Positions 33,501 through 47,125 are shown, numbered from the stretch's first letter. The stretch is 64,000 bases of DNA from Perkinsus chesapeaki ATCC PRA-425 (GCA_013115145.1 JAAPAO010000015.1:1-64000), one strand, 5' to 3'. Numbers and translations are program-made. The notes: generated by a model not told the origin, from the letters alone.

Positions 33501-36500
33501 TTCGAGAAGACACTGAAAATGTTGTAGGTATTATCCGATTGGCATCGCCGATGAGGCTCCTACGGTCAGGTCCGATGTGTGTCAGTGAGACGCCATGCTT
33601 GGCAAAGCCATATCGTTATAATGCTGCTGCTGAGTGAGCATAAGGAGCTCATCACTGCTGCTGTTCTTCCTTCCGAAAGGATTGATACTGTCCGTCACTC
33701 CTCACCTGTTCGCGAGAATAGCTTATTCAGATTTGTTTGGATACCCTGCAATTGGGTATTATCGGTAAAAACTGCCAGATCCCAGGATTCATGACGATTG
33801 TTTCTAACTTGTGTAAAACATTTGGTGACGATGACTTGTTGCTCGATGACTGCGTAGACGAATACGGTAATCCTAGAGCTCCTATTAATTGGCAGGTAGC
33901 GCGGTGCATCTTCTCCTGTCCATACGAGTGGTCGCCACATTAGGCCGAATACGATAGAGGTCTCAGCATGGAGCTGTACGAGGTCATACTCTCCCGTGCT
34001 TACACTAATAAAACTTTTATTCAAGTGGCTGATGATATATACAATAGAAATGATAAAGGCTCGGTAAGCTCCTAAGATAGACAATCAGCAAGTAACGGTG
34101 CGTAGGTCATCCTAATAGGCCTGGTGGAGTTTGAGGAAGGGGATGGCCGAGCAGGAAAAGAAGTGATACTCAACCCAAGCTATCATCACAAAATCGACGG
34201 AGAGAAAAGAGTCTATGGTGTTTTTATAGCCCCGAGTGTCAAAGGTATTCGGCAACTTATGCCGGAAAAGAACGCGAAAAAAAGAAAGTAGTTGAAATAA
34301 AGGCATACCAAAATGCCTACGAAATGTCCTACTAGTATAACTGCTCTTCTTGCACCTGCATATGACCCATCAGATGAGTATGATGATGACATCGAGAAAG
34401 GGAAAATCCATAGGTCACACCAGCGGTACATATCCCAGAACATAGTCTTGCTTTAGGCGTCTAGATCCTCCTCCACAAGAGATCGATCTGGAAAGGGAGG
34501 AAATTGAAACACTAGTCGTTGCTAATTTGGACAGCGAAGCTCGCGCGGAGCATCTCAATCGTTCACTGACCCGCGGATACCCTGTCTGGGACTCGGCCTT
34601 GGCTCGGAAGGTAGCCCTGCTAGCTCTTTCTTGTTAGGAGTCTATTTTGTTAGGTACGATCGAAGGAACAGTTCCTAAAGGAGGAAGGTGCCAAAGAAGG
34701 CGCTCTCGAAGCCGCCCTCAACGTCGTTCGGGCCGGAAAGATGAGTCTGCAGGAGGCAGCTTTGGCATGCGGAGCCCCGCTCGATCGACTTGAGGAAGTG
34801 AGCTCCGGACACGCTGCCCATTTTTTAGCTGGAGGACACAGATATATACGGATGAAATGGCAGATTTGAAAGAAAGTGTGCTAGCTGAAGTGAGCGCAAC
34901 CAAACCTGTCTATGACAATGGAGAGAGCGGTGCTGTAGGAGTAGACGGGAAGATCCAATAATACTAGCGCTCATGATCAGGACAGAGTGGATGGGGAGAC
35001 AACTTTCGTACCACCTGCTCCCGAGATCCTTGTCAAGGGAGGGCACATCGTGTTTCTGTCTGTAGCAGGGACTGGTGACTCCGGAAAGAGCTCGAGCATA
35101 CCTCTCGGAATTAACAACTTCATACATCCTTTGCGAACCCGTTACACTAAGGAGCCCAGGCCGATAGTTGTGGTGGCATCGTCTCTGCCGAAGGATTGGC
35201 ATGAGGTTTCAATCACCGTGCACGTCAGCCGCAGTGCATCAGCCTATTTAGGTCAGTCACATTCCACATGTCTACTTTGTTGAAGGCAATCCTGTGTCAC
35301 CGTTTGATCTGAGCAGGGCTGGTGTCCTAACAGCATATGCTATCGTTATTCATCAAGTAAGGACTTTCACTTTCCTTATATTAATCATCACCAAGGTTAT
35401 AGGCACCAGATAGCAGTCAGGGCGGCAATGAGGGAGGAGACGGTGAGAGCGCAGACAATGATTCTGGGGACGCCGGGTAGGGCGCCAACTTCTTGCTGGT
35501 CGAAGACGAACGGCTGGGGCCTCAGATCATCCGGAGGAGGGCTGACAGGCTTTGTAGAGGATGAAAACGCAGATATTGTAAGCTGAGGTGTCTCCATCAG
35601 AGTCGACCCTTGTCGTGAGTTCAGAGTGGCCATATGGTAGATGCTGATGCTATATTCGTTGTCAAGTTACTAGAAGCGCAGCTCGACAGAGCAGCTGCAG
35701 CCGTTACCGATACCAACAGGTTCGATAAGCGTGGTGACACTTCTGTGGAAGGGCTTTGAAGCTTAGGCCGCCACGTCCAATGATATTCGTGGAGCTAGTT
35801 AATGGCGAAAATGCTAAGTTCATTCCTCTAGATCCGACATCTGCTCCAACAAGGCCAACTGATCTGAAAGGCAGCAACTACCAGCTAGGCCTCGAGGTCA
35901 GTTCCCGCCCCCCAAGGAATCATCGATGTTGTGCTATTCTCAGGTGTTCCGAAGTCCACGTTATATGTCTGGTCGTATGTTCCTCAACTCAGTTTTCTCA
36001 AATCTATGTGTTAATATATTATATAACACTTCTCTATTAACTCTTGTCGAAGAGCTAATAGCAGCCCCATGCCTATCGATCCAGATAAGCTCAGAGTGGG
36101 CTGGCCGACCATTCCACGTACTCTACTCGTAGGGACACTCCTGGAGCTCTTCCTCTTAGTAGCTGTACCTTATTGCAGTTTCTTACTGCATCGCCACAAC
36201 CTTTCAGCGATCGCGCTCAAGAGAGTGACGCCTAAACGTAGAGGATCACCGAGCAGGAGACGAAGTTCAAGTTCAAGTTCCGGTCGACGCCGTAGGGTGG
36301 TAGATGTCTTGGACGGTGTTATATCCCACTGCTGATAGGCTCATCTGTGAGAAGGCGTAACAGAAGGAAAAGCTATGGTTGGATCGATACTGATTACGAT
36401 GATGGATTTGATTTCGACGTGAGAGCTTGTTTGCTTTAATGCAGACTATTTGCTCTTACGAATGCTCTCTAATTTCTCCCTCTAGATCGATTCATCCGGC

Positions 36501-36789
36501 GACGGAAATATACTAGAGTCTCTCGGGCTCAGACTCAGACGGTACGCGTCTGCTGTGTGGTAAAAGCTACGGCGCGGCTTGATCAGGGCGGTAGGAGATC
36601 TAGTCGACACAAGAAGGAGAAGGAAGGCTGAGCCTGCCCCGGGCGAGTTTATAGTCACAGCGCCATACGCTGATGTCATCCTTAGTGTAGGAGCCTTTAA
36701 AACTACATTAAGCAATCATAGAGTGCCAGGTAAGGGACAAAGTCGTCTGTGTAGCAGGCAAGGATCAATTCGATCAGCAGACATTGTGA
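30518..36789 (+). CDS. Slo/BK-family K+ channel with N-terminal signal peptide and Cys-rich ectodomain (multi-exon)
   Basis: Pore VTVSTVGYGD, S5/S6, RCK1 (GHIVITG, LKGS, KAFLIL), LGIIGKNCQIPGFMTIVSNL, RCK2 (GHIVFL, NFIHPLR, EGNP, VELVN) and C-terminal FIVTAP..DKVVC. Pore and RCK domains are certain; linkage of the 5' exons is inferred from splice phases. Confidence 0.85.
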
Positions 36790-37255
36790 TGATGATAATG
36801 ATGTCCCACGTTATATGTTGCTTGTCGTGTTTCTTATTGATCAAGACCAAACATTAATAGGCATTAGACGTACCATGAGCGAAAAGTGTCATTGCCAATG
36901 ATTCACGTATAGACGTAGCAAATGAGGGAAATACTATAAACTAAACACACGGGGGAGACCTACTGTTAGTAGTTCAGTTAGCCGTCCGCATACTAGCAAC
37001 GCAACAGGCCGTGTCTGAACGAGTATAACTGTGTACATACGTACAACTATGGGAGTAATCGCTCACGCTACAATAATAAGGGCACCCCATGTTAATCGAT
37101 ACCATTAGACAAGAGAATTAGGCTGACACTGACATTGTGGCGCACACGTGCCTACATCTAGTGCAGCCCTACACAGCACTTACTAAAAAATTGGAAGCCG
37201 ATAAGCGTGGTACACTTATCAAAATGGCATGAATGCTACAACTTAATGACAAATA

Positions 37256-37329
37256 ATAAAATCCGATACAGTATCGGATTTTATGAAGGTACATGATAGC
37301 GTACATGAACTCGCTATCATGTACCTTCA
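37256..37329. repeat. Two abutting perfect inverted repeats (14-bp and 18-bp arms)
   Basis: ATAAAATCCGATAC-a-GTATCGGATTTTAT followed by TGAAGGTACATGATAGCG-tacatgaact-CGCTATCATGTACCTTCA; the two share T37284. Confidence 0.9.
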
Positions 37330-37401
37330 GTATTTTTACTCTATCAGAAAAAATAAACCATCAGCTCATGATTGGCATTGTAGACCATGTCCAGTACAAC
37401 C

Positions 37402-37842
37402 CTACTCTTCGCATTTTATAGCATCGTACATTCGCTCGGCGGTGCCATGGTTTATAAGTTCACCCACAGCAGTCCTGCGGCCTATGTCCAGCTCGCTAAC
37501 ATCCGATCGAAATATTATGTAAGTTAAACCATCAGGACGTACTTCTTCAGGAAAAATTCCGGCATTGTTCAACGCTTGTCTGAAGCGTGTGCGAACATCT
37601 TCGTGTCGCCAAATGAATTGAAAGTATACAGCATCATGTACTTCGTAAATGTACGGTAGTGGAATGCATATACCAGTAGAAATTGTTAAGTAGGCAGGCC
37701 TTGTATCATCATCAGGACATAGGATTGTGAGTTTTTGGGCACCATTTTCCCACACTCCACCGTACACCAACCCTTTCACATGTGATATTTGTATCCAAAG
37801 TAGTACGGATAGTTCAAGGAAAAGACCATAGGAGAATTTCAT
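37402..37842 (-). CDS. Small intronless secreted protein of unknown function
   Basis: 146-aa ORF starting MKFSYGLFLELSVLLWIQISHVKG (signal-peptide-like). Confidence 0.65.
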   Translation of the reverse strand: MKFSYGLFLELSVLLWIQISHVKGLVYGGVWENGAQKLTILCPDDDTRPAYLTISTGICIPLPYIYEVHDAVYFQFIWRHEDVRTRFRQALNNAGIFPEEVRPDGLTYIIFRSDVSELDIGRRTAVGELINHGTAERMYDAIKCEE

Positions 37843-39639
37843 TTGTTCCAACGAGTAATAACCTATTAAAAACTCTGGTTGACGGATTCGCACCTGCACA
37901 CTCGTCCCCCGCACTAGTAAATCCTGTGGGCAACAGCACGGACAAAAGATTCCAGCGATTCTTCTTTTGAGACTCCATCGTACGCGTGCTCTCTCAGCTA
38001 CTCTGCAAAAAAGGCTCCACGTCTGTGACCGACCACAATAGCAGGAAAATGACTCGTAGCTACATGTAGCCGATTAGATCCTTCCGATCCGGCGAGTGGG
38101 TCCGAGTGTAGGAAAGTTAGTTTCCTGCACGTCAAAGGGCCGAGATCGCAGATCGGTTAGGTGCTTACGCAAGGGGGGGGGAGACAAGGGAGCAATTTAA
38201 GGAATTTCTATTTGTCTCCTTCCCAGGAAATGGCAATCTGATCAAGCGTGTGCACCCGCATGACGCGGCGTAATCGAACGTAATCGCAACGCGTGCGCCA
38301 GTCTGTGTTTGCGCCCCCGCGGAAGGTCCGTACTACGGACGACCCGATAGTGGGGGTGACTTCAAGTCGCTGACTTGGACCTCGACGCGCGCCTTCCGAT
38401 GGTGATGCGGGGGCAGACTTGGCTGCTAATCATGGGGCATTTTATGGTGAAGCAGTGGGTGCGGAGGTTCCTCCTAGTTATATTAGGAATATTATTAAGG
38501 ATTCCTTGAGGAAGAAAGAGCGGGCGGTTGGTTGGAGAAATGTAAAGAATGTACTGTAACTATATACTAATTTTATTACGTGGGACCGTCATCTTCTAAT
38601 TTTGAGGAAGATGATGAGGTTTAGGGCCAGACGAGGCTTGATTAGGGCCATCTTATATAGATTCATCATAGATAGAAATTCGTTGAGACGCTACGAGTTG
38701 GATGCTCGAACACAACAACCGACGGGTTGCGGATAATATCTTAAGGCAAGGGGAATTGTTCCAGAGTTCCACGCCATCTCGCCCAGGAAACAGCACACTC
38801 ACTTTCACTGAGAGTACAGGGCTCGTTGGCTGTAAACGATCTCGTCCTCGTTCGAGCTGTTGTACAATGATCACGCAGCTCATCGCGAAACATGCGTTTG
38901 CCACTTCGATGTGAAACAGTTTCACGCGTTTTAGTGGCTACTCTTCCGTGTATATGCGTGCATCTTCATAATATATAAAGCGTCTGCGGGGATAAATTAC
39001 ACCGGATCGGCAATTTTCCATTCTTCTGCTCATGCATCGTGCTCCAGTGGAACCCAGGGTGGCCAACAATGCGTCCCAGCCGCTACTTGGGGGTGTGAAA
39101 CTTAGATTAACTAATTAAACGACTAATCTGAAATCGTGAGTCATTTAGATAGTGATAACTGTAGCCGTTTTGGCTGAATGCTCTTTTTTGATTCGTTTAA
39201 CATCTTTACATTCCCTGCTTTCGTTATTGCCCCCCCCTACGTTTCCACAACAACTGGGTCTGAGTTCCCCCAGTATTGAGAGTAGTCTACTCCCGATATA
39301 TGTGACGTATGCGGACTCAGCTAGGACTCTTCAATATTACCCCCCCCCCCTTCGACGACCCTTCACAGTTCTCTCACGGCTGCCCGCGATAGTTCATAAC
39401 GGTTCTGCCATGTCTTGTGACCACTGCGAGTGTATAATTCAGCGAATTCTCGTCTCCTTGCCGTGGGACCATAGTGCGACTTCTCGGCCCCAATTTAGCA
39501 CCTTTTCATTGGGTGGATGTTCACGTCTTACTGAAGTGGTCCGCACTTGATCTTGCCAACTTGCCCACTCTTACGTCTTCTAAACTCCGGCGCACTGTAG
39601 TTCGGAACGACTCGTTCCCAACAGCCTTTTGTAGAATTG

Positions 39640-42600
39640 ATGGCTGATAACTTTAGAGTTAATGAGATAACATTCCTACAGCAGCAGAATGCCTCAGTAG
39701 GAGGAGTAAGTCATAACCTAATTTGAAGGTTGAGTTAGATATTCCTACGGATGGAGAAGTGTGAGCATGAGAGGGATGAGGCGTTGGCACTGGTTAAGAG
39801 CTGGAGAGAGAGGAGGGCCGACTTTGAGAAAAGTGAGTTTGACTTACGGTCTATCTGCGTGGGAGTGGTAGGGTCCTGCCGGATCAGGCTTCGAGCTTAC
39901 CAAGAACAAGCTCAAGTCGGTTAAAGATATAATGAACAATAACTCCTCGGAGATGTCCTTAAAAGTGGAGCATCTCGCTCAAATGGCAAAACAGAACCAA
40001 GTATAGTGGCAGAGATCCCACTCCGGGCCAATGGCGTGCTCAGGGGCTGCTTACAGTACTAGAGCAGTTGGAGACATCAAAGAGGGAAATTGAAGTGGCC
40101 GAAAGGGAAAGAAAGGAAAAGATGACCCGACTCGCGGTGATTGAAAGGGAATTCAAATCTGCCAAGGAAGAGGCCAGTCAACGGGCTCAGGATGCCAGGG
40201 TATTTTACACACCATTCCAAGCTCTATCATAGGCTTTACTGTCAGGCACAACTGTTGAAGCTGAAAGAGAAATTACGGAGTGAAGGGGAGAAAGGCAGCC
40301 AGAAGAGGTAGAGTTGGTTTTGGTGGGGAAGCGGCGGAGGCGGAGGAGGATGGTCAACGGTAGGACGGATCTGATGAATCTCGAAGCTCGGGTTAAAGTG
40401 GATATTGAGGCATTAGAGCAAGCTGTACAGGTGGTGAAGCAGAAGAATCTGGAGTATGTTACGAGGTAGGATGAGGGCTATGATGGAATGAGTGATGTGG
40501 TGATGGTAGATGTAACCGTGATGACCAAGTGCATGCAGCGTTGGAGAGTGAGAGGGTAGAGCTTCAACGTGAGTTGGATGAACTAAGAGAGCTCAGGGTG
40601 GCAAAACAGAAGGAGGTAGAGTTATTAGTGTTATGCGATAACCTAGTGTTAATGTGGTCAGCTAAAGACGGAGCAGGATACTAGAGACCAGTTTGGTAGG
40701 GGTAAGGCGGTCCTGATGAAGGAGATAGATCAGGAAGTACTACCGTCGCGTGGATGTACCCTTAGTGGTAGTGGTTGTGGTTAGGAATCGCTATTGCTAT
40801 CGAGGAAGAGTGCATTGGCCTCGGCCGAGACTACAAGCGAACAGATTCAACAGTCTCTTAGGGCACAGGATAGGAATATACGGGAAGTGGGTGAGGAGTT
40901 TCGTGGCGCGTGACGATTGATTTCAGGCAGCCGACAAGACATATGCTTTGATGGACTCTCTGCGTGCTGAGAACGTAAGTTTAGTTTGCGCTACTGGGGA
41001 GGGTATCTTAGAGTAGGTTGAATACAAAAAGGCAGAGTCGGAAGATACGTCTCAAGAAAAGAGAGTGAGGAATCTTGAGAAGACCTGCCAGAACCACACT
41101 GCGAAGATTAATATTGAGATAACTGGGCGTGAAGCAGCGGAGGCAGAGGCAAAGTAGTTGACGTGGTATTAGGGAAAGGCACGACTTTGTAGGGTGAAGG
41201 ATACGGAGTCCGGTGGGATAAAGAGGAAGAACAAGAAGCTAGAGGAAGGTATAGCAGAAGCACAAAGAGCAGCTGAGAGGAAGCAGAAGGAGATAAGGGG
41301 GTTGCTGGCTGAGGTTAATGCGGTACAGGCTAAGGTAGTGATGGGGTTTAAGGGGCGATAGGCTAGGGTGCTTTAGAATGCCACTCTTTCAAGTAGAATA
41401 GATGCTGGAGAGGAGGAGATCAATGGTTCTAGAGGTAATAGGAGCAGGATGTTGGGGTAGGGCTGGGATGGTGAGCAGGACAATTGGCTGGCTTGGAGGA
41501 GACATGTAAGGAGTTGACGGAGTCATGCTCTGACTTGCGGAGCCGCATATCTATGGCTAACGCGTCGAATGGTCAGCATAGGGCGAAGGTTCAAGTAGGG
41601 TGATGGAGAGGGAAGAGTGTGGTGATGTTGTGGTGTGGTGTTATCAGCAATTGAAGAACGAATTGGCATTCATAAGACGGGAGGATGGTCTGGATGAGAG
41701 TGGCAGGCAGAGGCCTATATTGATACATAGCAATGACAGTACATTAGTGGAGAAATTACAGGTTAGTAGTACAAGGGAGAGGAGGAGGGGGAGGAGGAGG
41801 AGGAGGGGAAATGAGACTTGGGGGACCTTTGGCAGTTGTGTGCAAAGTTCATAGGACAGGAGATCATATAGATGCAGAGCGCCGTAGCCAGATGGTCTGG
41901 CTCAGATCAAACACTCCTCTATCGGGAACAGCTTCCCCCTTGCTAGAAGCTCCCCGCTACGGGAAGCATCTCTATCGTGTCCTTTAAAGACGACGATAGA
42001 GGAGGGGGTCATACTTTTCACGGTCTCGAGTGGAAAGTATCACTGTTATAGCTGTGGTATGTCTATGGGAATGTCTATGATGTGTTTAGATCAATCACTT
42101 CCTGTACGAGGCTCAGCAACAGCGTAATCCTGTACCGATGTTAATAGAGAAGATAGCACAGCTCTTGGAGGTACTGCATTTCGAGCAGAAGTCGGCAGAT
42201 AGGTCAGCTGCGATGGGAGGGGAGGCGGTAAAATGGCAGTTCAGTTACCTTGGCGATTTGGCCAAGTCAAATTCGTTAGTGGCAAACTTGAGGCAACTTA
42301 ACCTGGACTTAACCGGAAAGAAGAGCACTATGACCAGCTTTAAGACGGAGCTCATAGGCAATGTGGTGCAGGTAGGAAATGAGGAGGAGTACGGCTAAGA
42401 CTGGTGGGCCTGCAGAACCAAATAGAGGCATCGGCAGCCACGGAGATGGTATTGACAGGATTGTTGATGCAGGATGGTGACCTGCATGATGTACTAATGT
42501 AGGCTGGGAACGGGGGGTAGTGGAGGGGTTGGTTAGGTTATGGGGTTAATAAGAGCCAATGGCTGCCAGGATCAGATCTATGGCGTACATTTGGGCAAGA

Positions 42601-44050
42601 ATCTTATTGACGATAATGGTGAGTGTGCTCCTGCCGAGCGGACCGCTGCTGTGTTGGAGTACCATCGGCAGTGTATTACTAAAATCATTTCAGCGACGAC
42701 AACGCTCCTTACAATGCTGCATGAGCTGTCATATCTCAAGTACATAGACTTGAGAGAAAACCAATTATCGAAGTAGGGATGGTGGGCTTTATTAGAGTTA
42801 GGGGAAGTTTTGGTAGGGAGGCATTGAAGATGGTGGAGTCACAACTGAGAGCGATGGATGGAGTTACACAGACGGCACATACTGCAGGTGATTGGGAGGA
42901 AGCAGGGGGAAGGGAGAAGGACAGCATTTGCAGCATTCAGATGGCGTATTGGAGGTTCGATCGGGCAATCAGATCAGATTGAAGGTTAATATAGGAGAAC
43001 AGGGAGTGTGCCGTCCCGAGGCTACAGCTCAATTAATTAATATAATAGATAGTATAGAGCGAAAAGCTATCGAAGGTAAGAAGAAGGGGAGGAGGGATGC
43101 CTGCAACCGAATGGGCCAGTTGTTAACTCGGGCTGAGGTAGATGAGGCGGACTAGATTCCTGAAAGTCTAGTCTCGCCGGTCCAGCTCTGGTTGTTAGGT
43201 ACAGGAGGCGGACAGCAGCAGCAGTTGAGGACACAAAGGAGTGATGAGGAGGTTAAGAATTATCTAGAAGGGCCTAGTGGGGTTAGACTATCAACACTGG
43301 GAGTGAAGGGACAGAGAGCACACAATAACAACAACTCAGCAGTGGGTCCCAGGGATCGGGGGCATCCGATGTATCCATTTGCTCTGGGACCGTATCTTAT
43401 AGCTAAATTGTATAACCTGAGAAATCGGTTTGATCTAGTCATAAGGGTGTAGTTGTTAGTTTGGTCAGTCATCTACCTGCTGGTCGGGACAGCCTAAGGT
43501 ACCATGCTTGAACAGGTCCCAGTGGGCTTGGGCGGCCCGGGAGATCTTTCTGCGTTGGACCATCAGAGGAGCGCTGTAGCATCACAAGAATCATCGGTGC
43601 TGTCTGGTGGCCGAAGATATAGTGGAGGCAAAGATAGAAGTGTGAGTCGGAAAGGTACGATAGCAGCTCGTGGAGTAAGGTTTGATGGAACGTTGTAGAG
43701 TCTTTTCCTAAACCTAAGCGGAAGGCAACTAGAGAGCAGCTGCCGCCTGTAGTGGAGCGGGCACCTGACCCCAAAGTGCTTGATAAATGGCAAGCAGGTA
43801 ATGATAGGGTGTGGGGTGAGATAGGGATGTTGCGGAGATAGGAACGTACACTAAATCCTCGGCTCCTGAATAGAAGGTGCAGGGGAACATGTATAATAAT
43901 GTGTAAAATAAACGATGATGTTACTATTGGAGAGATGAAGCTGTTGGTGTTGTTAATTAGAAGGCTACTTGCTAGAAAGTTCGGGGGTTGGAGGGAAATA
44001 CGGTATGACGGAGCTGCGTTCTTTGAGAGTCGATCTGCTTGGGATGTCAT
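39640..44050 (+). CDS. Large multi-exon coiled-coil protein with C-terminal LRR-like segments (ends approximate)
   Basis: Spliced reading MADNFRVNEITFLQQQNAS/IFLRMEKCEHERDEALALVKSW..., many E/K/R-rich exons, then HLGKNLIDDNG and LSYLKYIDLRENQLS; short GT-AG introns throughout. Confidence 0.55.
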
Positions 44051-44560
44051 ATTCTGCGGGTTGTTGACTGGTGTTTATTGTATTGTTAATCCCCCCCCCC
44101 CCTTCACTGAACTGCTTCCTTTGGAAGCATTTTCCTCTTTGTGTACTTCCTGTTTAGTAATACTTCGGTATGAGTATATGGATAAGGTAGGCTTCATAGG
44201 GGAAGGAAGAGCGACAATCGTTCAAGTCCGTGACATTGGCAATAAAAGCACTATTAGTGGTTATCTCACTTAATAGTATATTATCTACTGGCAATCTATT
44301 ACATCTTCTTGCGCTTCTCAACCTTGTCACAAGAGTGACACTCAGTGTCGTTTACCGGCCTGGCAAAGATCATCATCATTCTTCAATCTTTTACGGACTT
44401 GGCTACTGCTGCTTCCTCGTGGGTTTCGGAGTTAATACTGCAGCTGACATCTCTTGCTGATATCACTTTGGTCCATGAAGTGGCCAGTGTATTGTGTGGA
44501 CTTCACGAGCCATCAGTTGTTGTTGTTGTGATTCTTGTGAAGGTTTAATTAGCAACAGTA

Positions 44561-46731
44561 ATGGTAGCATCATTACCTAGTACAAGAACAAAGGAGATAG
44601 AGGCAGTGATTGATAAGAAGGATGTAGGTGTGGGGTTATGGTGGTGGTGGTGGTCATGTGTTGGAGTGTTGTTGTTGTCGCTGTAGGGGGCACACAGTAG
44701 GACGGTGAGAGAGCATCTAACTAGGGTCATAGAGGCTATAACAATATTGCAGCCAGAGGATCCATTGGACGCCTTTGAAGAGGTTAGTCGAATGGTTCGA
44801 GCAGGAGGTGACGGCTCTACTGCTGAGGATCAAGTAATGTGGTACTGAGGATGTATGTGAAGGGATAGTGTTGTTATTGGTAGGAGCAAGCGAATGTGGA
44901 GGGAGATCACCGAGTGTTGAAGGGGCTGGTAGGGTGGTTGTGTGGTTGTTGTGGTTGTTGGTATGTTCAATTGCATAGTTGGCAATGCCTGTAGATGAGG
45001 AGGGCAACACTAAGACGGAGGGCCCAGGTTTGACGGACGTGGTGGCAGAGCAGCATTTGCTGAAGTAAGAGGGCGGTAGGGTGTTCAGAGAGATGGTGGT
45101 ATCAGCTCGGCTGGTATGGGTGTCCCTCCGACTGAGGCTGTAATGATAGGAGGTGGGTTAAGGAGATTGGCGACTAGTGTGGAGGGCATTACCAAGGCAA
45201 GGTTCTGGGGCAAGGTGAGAAGAGGAGGCCGGCATGCTTGTAGGAGTGCAGATGAAGAATGATCGCTCTCTTTGGGCTGAGCTTGATTCACTGGGCGTGA
45301 TTCTATTTTGTAGGTTCTCTGTGACAGCCCCGCAATCGACTATCTTATAGCAGAGGCTGAGATGGATGGTGGTGGAGCTCCTCTTAGCGAAGAGGAGGAA
45401 GCAGCAGGGGCCGATGCTCCTGGGAGACTTGGTGGACCTAACTGCTATACGTAACGATTATTTGGGGCGCGCGGTCATGATGAGTCGGCGGTATAGGTAT
45501 TTTGTGAGTAATGATGGCGGGCGAGGGTGGCAAGCACTCCCTCATGTGCTTCCCGCCCAGATAGCCTCAGCTAGGTTGATTAAGAAGATCTTCACTGGAG
45601 TGTTGGAAGCTCCGGTCACCACCTGGCCGCCCTTCCCAGGTAGGGCTGCTGCTTCTACTGTGCGCCTGCCATCTGTGGTGGTTGGGAGAAATTTCACAAA
45701 CTCCTATTATCGCTGTTAGTATTGAAGAGTTCATTCGCATAGCGAGACTGCGCGGCGCAGGTGTTGTTTCAGGAAAGGAGAGGGAGCTGCTACGTGCTCA
45801 GATAGCCCGAATTAGTCATGCAACGTGTTTGGTGCCGGTGGATTATTATATAAGGGACGAGGAGACCTCGGAGGTGCTGGCCGATCACTGGTGAAGGCGA
45901 TGAAGGCTGCGGAGGCGGTTTAGGTGTCTGTGAATTCCGAGTATGCTGGGGCGAGTCCGGATACGAGCAAGCTGTTGAACGTGACGGGATATTGGAGACA
46001 TGGCTGTGATTATATTATCAATGCTAATGGGCGTAGGAGGGCTGGGAGAAGGGGGTGTAGTGGGAGGTAGGTACTGTATGGCCGGAGATAGCTGAGCTGG
46101 AGGAGGGGGAGGAAGAACCACAAGAGGCAGTGGTACAGAGGAAAATGATGGCACGTGATTCGGAGAAGTAAGGGGAATGCTTGGATGTGTTGATGGCCAT
46201 GATGCATCAGGCCAATGGTCGGTGGACCGATAGGCTCCGGGGAGGCGTCAACGTGGACTGGTAAGTGCCATGGTGACTGTGCACAGTATGCTACCTATAA
46301 ACAAGTAAGTTGGAGGAAGGAGCGGTATGAGTAATGGTAAATAAGGTCGATGGTGCTGCTGTTAAGTCGTATGTAACCTACGGGACCGTAGCCCTGCAAT
46401 CGACGCAATGGCCAGGAGCTGCAGTGGTGGTGGGTAACGGAGGGAAGCACCTACACACGTAAGGGGGAGCCGGTGGCAGGGGTGGTATGCTGCCAGCGAA
46501 CAGGTACATAGGATACGGTATGAAGGCTGGCCCTGGAGGGAGGGTCGCCGGAGGGCCTGGGGAGATACGCCCTACCCCTCCTGTCGAAGCTGAGGCGGAT
46601 GATCCCATAGAAGAACCGGTAGGGAAATAAGCTCAATGCGCCCGCCCCGCTGCTGGTGCCCGGCAGCACGTATGCGTTTTCAGGTCAGAGAGGAAGTCGA
46701 TGCTGGCGAGGAGGATGCAGCAGCGGAGTGA
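44561..46731 (+). CDS. RSPH4: Radial spoke head protein 4/6-like (flagellar)
   Basis: REHLTRVIEAITILQPEDPLDAFEEVS, ARFWGKV, GGPNCYTYFVSND, WQALPHVLPAQIASARLIKKIFTG..PPFPG, LRAQIARISHAT, LQSTQWPGA and YIGYGMK. Confidence 0.85.
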
Positions 46732-47125
46732 TCGGTGATGCTGTTACATGACAGTTGTGACCCATTAATGTTGTGTTTGTATAGTAACAGACAACAGTAT
46801 CTACATCCGCACCACCAAAGCCGCCGCCGCGCGCGTGCAACATCTGATGGGAGGGAAGTTGCTAGGGATAATGGCCTATCACTGTTAAATCTTCGGGAGA
46901 GTCTAAGCTGGTTTGTGCGGCTCTCCAGCAGCCAATAAGTCTAATCTAATTCAAGTAGCCCTTTCCATTCACAAGGGCAGGGGCGGTCATCAAATCTCTT
47001 TTAGCTACCCAACAGCGTTGTACGCATGCACATGAAGTTTACGTCTTGTTGATCATTGCACTGCGCGATTGAAGTGATATGATATACCGTTCGCAACAGT
47101 TCCGCTCTTCGGGTCTCCATCCCCC

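Noticed and set aside
41881-41905. GCCGTAGCCA-gatgg-TCTGGCTCAG, resembling the 21-nt Perkinsus spliced leader with a 5-nt insert
   Set aside because: It lies inside an apparent coding exon (AERRSQMVWLRSN), and the SL's own self-complementarity inflates hairpin matches. Worth including in a genome-wide SL scan but not supportable alone.
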